Assembly: GCA_034226945.1 (NCBI GenBank) | Contig: CP120454.1 | Coordinates: forward strand, 868,001-932,000 | DNA length: 64,000 bases | Source of the DNA: Picochlorum sp. SENEW3 | Lineage: Eukaryota | Direction: 5' to 3' | In this document: piece by piece, positions 54,774 to 64,000 of the stretch | Position numbering within the stretch: the stretch's first letter is position 1 | How the letters are laid out: each line of letters starts with the position of its first letter | Translations under genes and position numbers: made by a program | Notes under the pieces: model-generated | Told to the model about the DNA's origin: nothing | Databases searched by the model: none | The model's input: only the letters and a program-made list of their open reading frames with translations

Positions 54774-56259
54774 ATGATGCATATAAATGCCCAACCTGGT
54801 GGGAGCTGGTGGTTGCAGGTGGCAGTTGTTTTGCTGGTGCTTGGCACGAAGAACAGCGCCGTACGCGCATTCTGGACCGTTGATTGCGGTGTGGTAACGA
54901 TTGAAAAGTCAGATCCAATTGTTTCTTTTGGACAAACGTCTGCTCATATGCATGTTGTCGCTGGGTCAAGCGGGTTTGGACCAGATGCAACAAATGCCAT
55001 CCTCAGGGAGAATGGTGCGTCCTACTGAATGCCTCAATGTGATGAAATGTTGCTCATATATACATGTTTGCATATATGTAGAGTATTGCACGTCTTGTAA
55101 TGTGAAGCAAGACAAATCTGCCTACTGGACGCCCCAGTTGTATGTTGCTCCAGAGGAAGCGTCTGGGTTGCTTGAGGATGACATCAAGGCCACAGGGGGC
55201 GTGGCAGTGCCTCCAGTGAATGGCAACGCGTTTGTCGTGTACTACAAGCTTATTACCGATAGAGGTGAGAAGTTTAACAATGACGATTCATGGGAGGAGA
55301 TTGCTGCTTTTCCTGCAGACTTCAAGATGCTTGCATCAGAGGATCTCATCAAGGAAAAGACAAAGACTGCCAGAAATGTGTTTGATAGGCCAGTCACATA
55401 CAAGTGTTTGGGCTTTGGCGATCAGATGGATACTGCTGGTTTTCCTTCCGACCCATCAAAATGTACAGGTGGTCTTCGAACGCAATTGACGTTCCCATCA
55501 TGCTGGGATGGAAAGAATTCAGACTCTGCAGACCATGTGGCTCATGTGTCATATCCAACTGGATCCTGGGCTGGGTCACCGTGTCCAGCATCACATCCTG
55601 TCAGAATTCCAACGCTTTTCTACGAGGTGATATACAATACGGCAAGCGTTAAAGAATATTTTGACAAGGGATGGAAGCTTGTATATCCTGGAATGCCAAA
55701 TCAGTTCACACAGGATGGAAGCCCACTGTTTCATGGAGACTTTATGAATGGATGGGAACAATCTTTCCTAAAAGACGCTTTGGCTCAGTGTGGTGTGACC
55801 CCATGTGGTTTAATCAAAAAACAGTTTTCTGGATGCGTCAAAGAGAGTGCTCCAGTTCCAGTCTCGCCATCTCCACCTCCACCGGTATTGCCATCTCCAC
55901 CTCCACCGGTATTGCCATCACCACCTCCACCGGTATTGCCATCTCCACCTCCACCACCACCATCGCCTGTACCTTCACCATCTGTACCAGAGGAAGGACC
56001 AACTGATAATTATCAGGGAGTCAGCAGTGATGGCACGGTGACTGTCTTCATGTCTGACACAAAGCAACTCGTGTCCATCAACATCACAGAAGATGCCTAT
56101 TCTCAAGGAAAGAACAAACTTTCTGAGCTCATCCAAGAAGCAATAAATGATGCTTATGATAAAGCCTCAGCTGGAATAAATGAAAAAATGATTGAGCTTG
56201 GCAGACTCGTAGGAGTGTCCCAGCCAATCCCAACAAGTGGAATTTGCATCAGCACATGA
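54774..56259 (+). CDS. Secreted DUF1996 protein with Pro-rich linker and C-terminal YbaB/EbfC-like domain, ~472 aa; 2 exons (intron 55015-55081)
   Basis: Signal peptide; DPIVSFGQTSAHMH..G, CTSC...DKSAYWTPQLY, FPSCWDGKN.DS.DH..HV.Y, CPASHPVRIP.LFYEV, HGDFMNGW; then (PSPPPPVL)n; then GVSSDGTVTV...ITEDA...KLSELIQEA.NDA. Confidence 0.85.
55867..55955 (+). repeat. 24-nt coding tandem repeat, ~3.7 copies, encoding PSPPPPVL
   Basis: Unit CCATCTCCACCTCCACCGGTATTG repeated near-perfectly. Confidence 0.9.
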
Positions 56260-56758
56260 TGACAAAGCATAATGAGACTATGCATCATTAGTATCATTTA
56301 GTCGTATCGTCTCTATCGTGTCTGGTGCCAAATAAATAAAGAATAATCACATTCGAGCCCGGTGGTGAAACACCGGGCTTGTTCTATTGCTATTCTTGTA
56401 CAAGTCCAATGTCCTTGTACCACTAACAAAATTGTCGTGTACAATCACTTTGCTTTATGTATCCCTATTCTTTTCGTAATTGTCTCTTACCTACATCAAC
56501 ATTATTTTCGATGACTTGATAGGTCTAGAGTCCAATGGATGTTTTTAGATTCAGCATTCTCCTTCTATAGTCATCTAGTTGCTGTTCCAATTCCAGATGA
56601 TCTGGAATTCATCATTCAAACTATTAAAACCAACCTTGCTGTAAATAGTCCGCCAAGCTTGATTCATTCTGAGATGCATGTATACATGCCTACTCGCATC
56701 CCATACTGCATTATATATATCTAGGTGGATATTTCTGATACAATAGACCGACACCAGG

Positions 56759-58105
56759 ATGCACGCAGCCAACAATGATCTTCAACGCCATGCAGCCCCT
56801 CCGACACGACGTATCGGAATCCTCTCTGCCCACGTGGATGACAATGCTGTACGTTATAATGACATATGTTCATGATTTATGTATGGGTTTGACCATATAA
56901 CCGCGTTTTCGACGATGCTGTTGATTTTTGCTCTGCTCTACTCTACTCTTTTGATGTGACATGTGTGAATATGCAGAATTCAACACGGACAAGAAGGAGC
57001 ATCAACACAGAGCAACACACCACTCTTGAAACGAATAATGTGATTTCCTCTGGCATTCCTTCCAGGGGAGGATTTAAAGTCACAGTTCTCGGTGCTGCTG
57101 GAGGTATTGGGCAGCCTCTCTGTCTTTTGTTGAAACAGTACGTCTTGACCTGTATATACGCGCATCACATCCTCTCGTTTCGCATAATCGCTCACCTAGT
57201 GACCTACGTTCTTTTTCAGAGATTATTCCAATATGATTGATGAGCTGAGTCTGTATGATGTCGCAAATACTGCTGGGGTTGCTGCAGATTTGTCCCATAT
57301 CAGCACAAAGGCTAGAGTGACAAGCCATACTGGACCAGATCAGTTGAGCTCGGCACTCTATGGATCACACATTGTAATCATCCCTGCGGGAGTTCCTCGA
57401 AAACCGGGAATGTCAAGGGATGACTTGTTCAAAATAAATGCTGGAATAGTCAAGACATTACTCCAGGGTGTTGCATCCTATTGTCCACAGGCATGGATTG
57501 CCATCATCTCAAACCCAGTCAACTCTACTGTACCAATCGCTGCTGAAGTATTAAAAAGAGAAGGGGTTCTCAACCCGCGGAAACTCTTTGGTGTCACCAC
57601 GCTCGATGTTGTCAGAGCAACTACATTTATTGGTGATATTTTAGGTGTTGACCCAAAGGATGTGTCGGTGCCTGTTGTCGGCGGGCATGCTGGTAAAACT
57701 ATATTACCACTTTTATCGTCTTCATCACATTGTCTCGGTGGGATATCAATGAGCGATAGGAAAGCTTTGATGGAAAGAATTCAGGATGCTGGCACAGAGG
57801 TTGTAAAAGCCAAAGCTGGAGCTGGTTCAGCGACACTATCCATGGCCTATGCAGCAGCTGAGTTTACAAAATCGTGCCTCAAAGCCATGGCAGGGGAACA
57901 GGGTATTGTTGAATGCGCATATGTGATATCATCAGTCACAGATGTGCCATTCTTTTCCAGCCAACTCCGTCTCGGTGCACAGGGAATTGAACAGTTTCTT
58001 CCCTTGCCCCGTATGTCTGAGATGGAACGAGAAAACTTTGAAGCAATGATCCCAGAACTCAGAACTAGTATCAAAAAAGGCACCGATTTCGTTGCGAATT
58101 CATAA
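56759..58105 (+). CDS. MDH: NAD-malate dehydrogenase, peroxisomal/glyoxysomal type; 3 exons (introns 56849-56976, 57138-57219)
   Basis: KVTVLGAAGGIGQPL, PAGVPRKPGM, ISNPVNSTVP, GGHAG, AGAGSATLSMA; exon 1 encodes the PTS2-like nonapeptide RIGILSAHV. Confidence 0.92.
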
Positions 58106-58298
58106 GCAACCTTTATGATTGGTGATTGGGTTGACCATCAGTCATGACTCATGAGATGAGAGATCTCCCGCCTCATCCTTCTTTGGGTCACGCAAGCTCC
58201 AAATCATTGAATATTGTATATTTAAATAATTTCACTACCTCTATGTGAGTATAGAGTGGCTATATACACCAGTACAAGTCCAACTGCCACAGAAAACA

Positions 58299-58750
58299 AT
58301 GAGCAACGAAATCACTCCGTATGCGGTGGATGATTTGCTCAAGCCACTTTTATTGAAAGATTTGAGAATTCAATGCAGAGCAAGAGGGTTAAACCCAGGT
58401 GGTGGACGTGAAACTCTTTTTGAGAGATTGAAGGAAAACATGTTGAAGACGGGTAACACGTGCGTTTGATGGATATTGAGTTGCCTAGTTGCGTCTATAT
58501 GTGTATATTTTAGATTTCTAATGGATTAAAGGTATTCTATGTCATTTGTAGCGAGCTGGTGTCGGAGGCTGTTGGTCAAACTGCTGCCGCGGTTCCAGGA
58601 GAGACGCAAGGCGCACAGGCTGGCGATGAGACGCTGAAGAATAATTATGTTCGTCCAGAGGGTCAGAATGTGGGGAACTTTATCACAGATAGGCCGAGCT
58701 CTCGGGTACTGGCTCCACCTGGTGGAGGTTCGAATATTTCATTGGGATGA
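58299..58750 (+). CDS. 119-aa SAP-domain + SPIRAL1-like protein; 2 exons (intron 58460-58551)
   Basis: SAP: LKDLRIQCRARGLNPGGGRETLFERL; SPR1 C-terminal motif NNYVRPEGQNVGNFITDRPSSRVLAPPGGGSNI. Confidence 0.8.
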
Positions 58751-58786
58751 AACAAGTGTGTAACACTAGGTACTGTAATATTAATG

Positions 58787-60972
58787 TTACGATCCTGAAC
58801 GGATCTCTGCCATTCTAGTTCCTTTCACAGGGCTCCATTTCTCATTCCACTCTGCACCTTTGCTTAACGGTGACCTTGGGGTTCCTAATTTTTGGCGAGG
58901 GGACTTTTTGATGGAGAGGGAGGCTGCAGCTTTGAAAGCTAAGGCCTGCTCCTCGTCTTTTTTAAGAGCCTGTAGTCTCTCGGCTATTTCTTTCATGCTT
59001 GGGCGTAAGGCGGGATTATGGCGCCAGCATTCTCTAATGATGGAAGCGAGTGGTCCTGGGACTCCTCGTGGTAATGGTGGACGTCTTCTCTCAAGTCCAA
59101 CAGCCATGACTATCTGCATGAGGTTGTTGCATTCCTCCCATGGCTGACGACCTGTAATACATTCCCATAAAATACAACCGAACGCGTAGGCATCGCATTT
59201 ATCGTCCACTTTGCCCCCAGAGAACTGCTCTGGTGCCATGTAACTTGCTGTTCCCAAGGCAGTTCCACCAGCTCCATTTGAAAGCATAGTATTTGCCTCC
59301 ATATTGACCGCAAGACCAAAGTCTGCGACAACTACTTTCCCGTTACTGCTCAGAAGAATGTTATGTGTCTTCAAATCTCTATGGACAAGACTTTCTCCAT
59401 GACAAAATGCAATGGCAGATGCAATGTCTGTTGCAATGTTCAACAATGTTTTGTACTCTGGCCTGAGACATCGTTCGTGTAAGACAGAATACAAAGAGCC
59501 CTCATCTGCTAATTCAGTTATCAGACACAGATTTGGTGGCTCTAGGCATGCCGCAAGCACCTTGAGCACAGCGCCATGTTGGGCCATGCCAGCCATGAAG
59601 GTCACCTCTTTGGTGAATGTATCAACCGCAGATTGGGAGACTTGTTTGGAGGGGTGAAGAATTTTCACAGCTACAAGAGATCCTCTCCATATGGCCTCAT
59701 GGACAGCACCACATGCACCAGTACCAAGGAGCTTGATGAGCACGATTTCATTTTTGAACTGATCTGGATCCAACAGAATCAAATCTCCAAGTTTTGTGTC
59801 CTTTCTAGCAACTGGCTGCATCGCCTGCCCATCGTTAATCATTGCTGTGTTTTCTGAAACAGGCATAATTTCGGATACATCTTGAGGTCCTATTGATTGT
59901 GCGCTCATGAGCTTTTGTGGACCAATGCCCGTGCTTTCTGAGATGCTGTTATGCATTGCAATTTTGTGCTGATTACTAACATCTGCCCGAGTATTCTTTG
60001 CAACTTGGAGTCTAAAGTCATCATGAGATCCACCAGTTGATACAGAACAGGGAAGATGCTGTTTCAACCCTAGTGCGTTGCCATGTTGCAGCATGCCCGA
60101 AGTTTTGAACGTTGAATCTCCAATATTAGTCACACTGAGTGGCGAGTTGACACCGGAACTCGTTTTCCTTGTTGCATTAGGATTAAAGGACCAGCCTTCC
60201 TTTGAAATATCTCTCGACTTGACTGATTCAATGACTGTCAGATCAGTCACAGAGAGTGGTTTGACAATCTTGACATGATCATTTGCTCCATTCGTATTCT
60301 TACGAGATACTGAACGTTTTCGAACTGTTGTGCCTAGATTACTGACTCGTGGACTTGAATAACTTGCTTTTCTAAAGACAGGCGCCGATGTTTTGAGGCT
60401 TGGCGCAGCTTTCAGCTTGAGATTCAGCTGCCTCCTTGCATCCCTGTTTCCTCCAGCTCTGTGATCATCATCATACGCCATCGATTCGTTGATGAGAAGC
60501 TGCACGTTTTTATTCGACGCTGATATTTCCTGCAATATCTTATCATGCTCCTGTCTCAACTTTGTCGGACTCTCCAAGTCCACAGAGATTGGTGACTCTA
60601 CAGGTGTCTTGAGTCCTTCATTGGCAGCTTTTTGTTTGGCCACTCGATTCCCTAAATATTCAGCAACCCATATCAACGCCAAAAACGCAATCATACAGAG
60701 ACTCAATCCCATGACAATGACAACAATCGCCTGATTCAATATTGACGTCTGCTGAAACGATTCAGATACAAAAGTGCCAGCCTTTGAGAAGAAGCCACCA
60801 ACTCCAGCAGAAGTAACCTCTCCAGATGTCTGGCGGAGCAGCCTTCCCGATATTCTCGATTCAAACTCTGCATGAGAATATATATTTAAAGCGTGAATTA
60901 TTTCTAGTCCCATAGGCTGATACAGTGACCTGTGTCTGATCACACGTGTAACTTTCTCGTATACGTACCCAT
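58787..60972 (-). CDS. Raf-like/TKL protein kinase with N-terminal transmembrane segment
   Basis: LGTGACGAV, VAVK, HRDLKTHN, DFG, GTASYMAPE, PW..C, CW..NP..RP; hydrophobic AIVVIVMGLSLCMIAFLALIWVA; probable micro-exon ATG-G at 60969-60972 with intron 60868-60968. Confidence 0.88.
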
Positions 60973-61270
60973 CCTGGTGGCCAACAGCAAGCTGACACCG
61001 TACAGTCTCACAACACGGTAGCGTTTGAATGCCGACCTATTAAATCTCAATTAATTAATTGTTACCTTAATAAACACGATAGTATACATGCTCTTAATGG
61101 CCCTCGCGGGCGGAAACACATGGAATTCAACAGGAAGGTTTGTACATCCGATGATTCAACAGAAAAAGTCAACTGTGATTTGACTGTACATTAATTTACA
61201 CACAGAGCGACAAAATTATGCGCATTTTATACATTTGAGCATACATATACTATAATGGTGCATATATACC

Positions 61271-62821
61271 TTATTGAACGACTAATCTCGGTATAAATGG
61301 CAGCTTTCTCTTTGCGCTGACTTTGGAAACCATGGGGGTAAAGGCAGGCATTGCATACCCATCCTGTGCATCATGATCTCCCTTGGTACAGGTTCCATCT
61401 TCAAGATTGCACACAGGAAGATCATGAGGACAGCAATGGACTTTATCCTCGCAGCAAGTCGCCTCTGGCAATGGACAGCATGCCCATGTGAAGCAATATC
61501 CAAAGTACTCTTGCATGCAACAGCATGTTGTATCTGGCGGGCACTCAGTCGTGGCGTCACAGTCAACAGGCTGTGGCTCTGGAGTTGGAGACGGTGCTGG
61601 GGGAGCTGGGGGTGGTTCTGGCGGGTTGGGTCCATCCTTGATGGGGTATGATGCCATCATGGCAACACCACACTGCCCCTCATTCCCCAAGTTACGGCGA
61701 ATCTTGATGAAACCATTCTCTCCCCATCCTGCACCCCACGAGTTTTTAATTTTCCAGTATGGCATGTCGCTGCCATTGACAGGAGCAACGCCATATCCTA
61801 CCAAAAGGACCCCGTGATTCAAGTTGACTCCACATCCAGAGTCATCAAACACTCCTCCACCATACAACTGGAACGCTGGCTGATCAGCTTCAATCGCCAC
61901 ACTCACTGGTTGGTGAGCAACTGCCTTCTTCAAAGCAATTTCATCGTTTGGTGTCACATCTTCATGCCCATCGATTGTCACCACATGTCTATCCCTCCTT
62001 CCAGGGTCACACGTGCCCTCCTCAGCCTTGTAGGGATAACTCTCCTCCGTGTCAATACCTCCATTGTCCACCACAAAATCAAATGCAAAATCCATCAAAC
62101 CCCCCTTGCACCCATGATCCTTTGTCGTATCACAATCAATAAGCATCTGCTCTGACAACGACACCATCTCACCAGTCACCAAGGCATTCACACCCTCAAT
62201 AGCACCAGTCGTAGAAAATGCCCAGCAACTTCCACACATTGCCTGATTTTTTACAGGACCAACAGCTCCCTTCTCTACCCAATCAATATACTCTGGAAGA
62301 TCACTCTCATCCACATCATCATACCTATTCTGGCCCTTGTTTGATGTCTCCTTACGAACAAACCTGGTCTTCATCAACCCAAGCTCCTCCTTCCATTCAT
62401 CATGAGTCAAATCAGCAAACGCATTCATACCAAGCCAGTGCGACTTTGACCCATCATTATACTCCATAACATACCGAAGGTTCTCCATCCACACGGCAAA
62501 CTTGGAGTCATACTCTTCCCTACTCCCATACTCTTTCGACGCCCCCTTCACCCACGCCTGAAACACATCCTTTGCATTCTCCTCAACATGCCCCTTCTCC
62601 ATCCACACAAACTCTGGACTAGCCCCCCGCCCGAAACGAGCAAACCCCAATCCAAAAAGCCCTTGCTGTCCATCAGACACTAACACTGGAACATGCGTCG
62701 CTGTATTCTTCCCCTGTCCAACACCTCTGGATTCCACCATGGAGAATACACCAAGCAGCAGCAAACCAACAGCCACAAGGCTGCCATTGTAGTAGTGTCC
62801 AAGACTCCTGACGTGTTTCAT
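61271..62821 (-). CDS. RD21: Papain-family cysteine protease with granulin domain (RD21-like)
   Basis: Signal peptide, I29 prodomain (GMNAFADLT), QAMCGSCWAF, LNHGV, KNSWG, Pro-rich linker, granulin CP..TTCCC...C..W.CCP...A.CC.D..HCCP. Confidence 0.93.
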   Translation of the reverse strand: MKHVRSLGHYYNGSLVAVGLLLLGVFSMVESRGVGQGKNTATHVPVLVSDGQQGLFGLGFARFGRGASPEFVWMEKGHVEENAKDVFQAWVKGASKEYGSREEYDSKFAVWMENLRYVMEYNDGSKSHWLGMNAFADLTHDEWKEELGLMKTRFVRKETSNKGQNRYDDVDESDLPEYIDWVEKGAVGPVKNQAMCGSCWAFSTTGAIEGVNALVTGEMVSLSEQMLIDCDTTKDHGCKGGLMDFAFDFVVDNGGIDTEESYPYKAEEGTCDPGRRDRHVVTIDGHEDVTPNDEIALKKAVAHQPVSVAIEADQPAFQLYGGGVFDDSGCGVNLNHGVLLVGYGVAPVNGSDMPYWKIKNSWGAGWGENGFIKIRRNLGNEGQCGVAMMASYPIKDGPNPPEPPPAPPAPSPTPEPQPVDCDATTECPPDTTCCCMQEYFGYCFTWACCPLPEATCCEDKVHCCPHDLPVCNLEDGTCTKGDHDAQDGYAMPAFTPMVSKVSAKRKLPFIPRLVVQ

Positions 62822-63269
62822 GGCTGACAAATCTCCTACTCTCTTCTGTTCAAAATGCACCACTCCTACATGCAACCTCTACTGTGTATTCTATCTTTAT
62901 ATACGAGTTTTAAGAGCTACGAGGTCGGTTGGCGAGTATTCACGAGGGTTTCCGGAATGCTCCCAGAAAGACCGAGATATTTTTAATCTATTTAATCTAG
63001 ACATGGACACAGGTTCGGGAGACTGTCCCGGTGGTTGCCAAGTCGTTGGTCAGATTCTGATGCAGATAAACAAGGCTTGATGGACCATGGCAATGCTATA
63101 GAGTATAGTAGATAATTTTATTGTATTTGATTGTCTCTGTACTGTCGTGAGAGAAACGGTTGGTCGATTGGAAGACGATCGTGAATCGACAGGGGACAGT
63201 CCATCGCCGCATTGATGGGATTCGAGTGCTAGATAGAGGTCATAGTTCGTTTTGATAGTAGTTACAAGT

Positions 63270-64000
63270 ATGGAGGGCGGTGCAGATTGTGAAAGAGGGC
63301 ATGTGAATCAGTTGGGGTTGTGGGAGTATGACGCTCCTCGGTTTCACGACTTTGAGCAACCATCTCCGTCGTATGGAGCGTGTAGTGTAGATGAATGGTT
63401 TGATACTTCTGCTACAAAGGGATTGATGAGTCCTGTTTCTGGAGGAGGCTCGCCGGATGGAGGTGATAGTGAAGGACAGAAAGGGGTGGAGAAGGAGAGT
63501 GATGTGACATCCAAGTCGACCAAGGAGAGAAAGGTGTTGGGGAATGTGACGAATACAATCAAGGTTGTCGATCCAGTGGTGGGGATGGGTCCTCAGAAGC
63601 AGCATACGAGGAGTGTGGTTGAAACTAGAAATGTTTGTACAGCTGATGCCAAGGGTGATGCGTGTCAAGAAAAAGCAGTACATGCTACACGATCTGTCAA
63701 GAGGGATGAAAAGCCTGTTGCATTGGTTAGAGCGAAAGAGGATGTTGAAGAAACGTCTGTTCAGAAGAAGCAAGAGGTGCCTGCGTTGCATAGGGAGGAT
63801 GCAGCATCTAAAAAGAAGAAGCAGGATGCAGCAACGCATAGGCCTGTGACACGGTCATGGACCGGGAAGCTGACCGTGCCAAAGAGTCCAATGTTGTTGT
63901 CTAGGATGCGAGGTACTGTGCACAAGAAAGTTATCAAATCTAGTGAAGATCTGGAGATGGAAGAGATTGAGAGGAAGAGGAAGGAAGTGGCTGCATTGAA
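63270..64000 (+). CDS. TPX2: TPX2-like spindle protein, 5' part (runs off the window)
   Basis: Open frame from ATG 63270 to the window end; Aurora-binding motif WEYDAPRFHDF...VDEWF; later KLTVPKSPML and KSSEDLEMEEI. Confidence 0.75.
   Translation, partial: MEGGADCERGHVNQLGLWEYDAPRFHDFEQPSPSYGACSVDEWFDTSATKGLMSPVSGGGSPDGGDSEGQKGVEKESDVTSKSTKERKVLGNVTNTIKVVDPVVGMGPQKQHTRSVVETRNVCTADAKGDACQEKAVHATRSVKRDEKPVALVRAKEDVEETSVQKKQEVPALHREDAASKKKKQDAATHRPVTRSWTGKLTVPKSPMLLSRMRGTVHKKVIKSSEDLEMEEIERKRKEVAAL

Noticed and set aside
55867..55955. Regular repeat as a CRISPR-like array
   Set aside because: Head-to-tail 24-nt coding repeat with no unique spacers; eukaryotic context and no cas genes
63240..63849. 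199-aa minus-strand and 94-aa plus-strand ORFs at the window end
   Set aside because: Shadows of the TPX2-like frame starting at 63270, which the track omits because it has no stop in the window
1..64000. Numerous 60-230 aa antisense or alternate-frame ORFs (e.g. 3101-3793, 24927-25508, 37313-37951)
   Set aside because: They lie opposite well-supported genes and show no recognisable motifs; expected from codon bias
1..64000. Transposons, viral insertions, tRNA or rRNA genes
   Set aside because: No transposase, RT, integrase or capsid motifs, terminal repeats, cloverleafs or rRNA sequence were recognised by eye; tRNAscan-SE and a repeat library search would be decisive

Overview
Eukaryotic nuclear DNA from a very gene-dense green alga. 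The roughly 45 protein genes in 64 kb, short GT-AG introns (mostly 65-110 nt, donors gtacgt/gtatgt/gtgcgt), plastid transit peptides and an MLDP-type lipid-droplet gene suggest a compact trebouxiophyte such as Picochlorum (inference). Most genes are housekeeping: HisRS, HISN7, BTAF1/MOT1, ABCG, Nup58, argD, NDPK, NHP2, AMSH, VPS9, folD, MsrB, Sec22, RFC2, SRP9, GNA1, peroxisomal MDH, RD21 protease and TPX2. I reconstructed several spliced models by hand; some (ELF4, SRP9, PTS2 exon of MDH, TPX2) are incomplete or absent in the ORF track. I saw no rRNA, tRNA, CRISPR array or transposon. Most notable observations: (1) a secreted DUF1996 + (PSPPPPVL)n + YbaB/EbfC fusion protein; (2) three same-strand gene pairs separated by only 26, 33 and 45 nt, two of which form a convergent four-gene block (candidate bicistrons with long first ORFs); (3) a candidate intronic H/ACA snoRNA in Nup58 whose guide matches the LSU rRNA site equivalent to yeast Psi2416; (4) a HAL-like-domain HisRS ending 4 nt from the histidine-biosynthesis gene HISN7; (5) a 12-nt coding overlap between GNA1 and ycf20; (6) accessory secreted proteins (Cys-rich modular, PAN/apple, DUF285). 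All family assignments come from motif recognition by eye; no database search was run.
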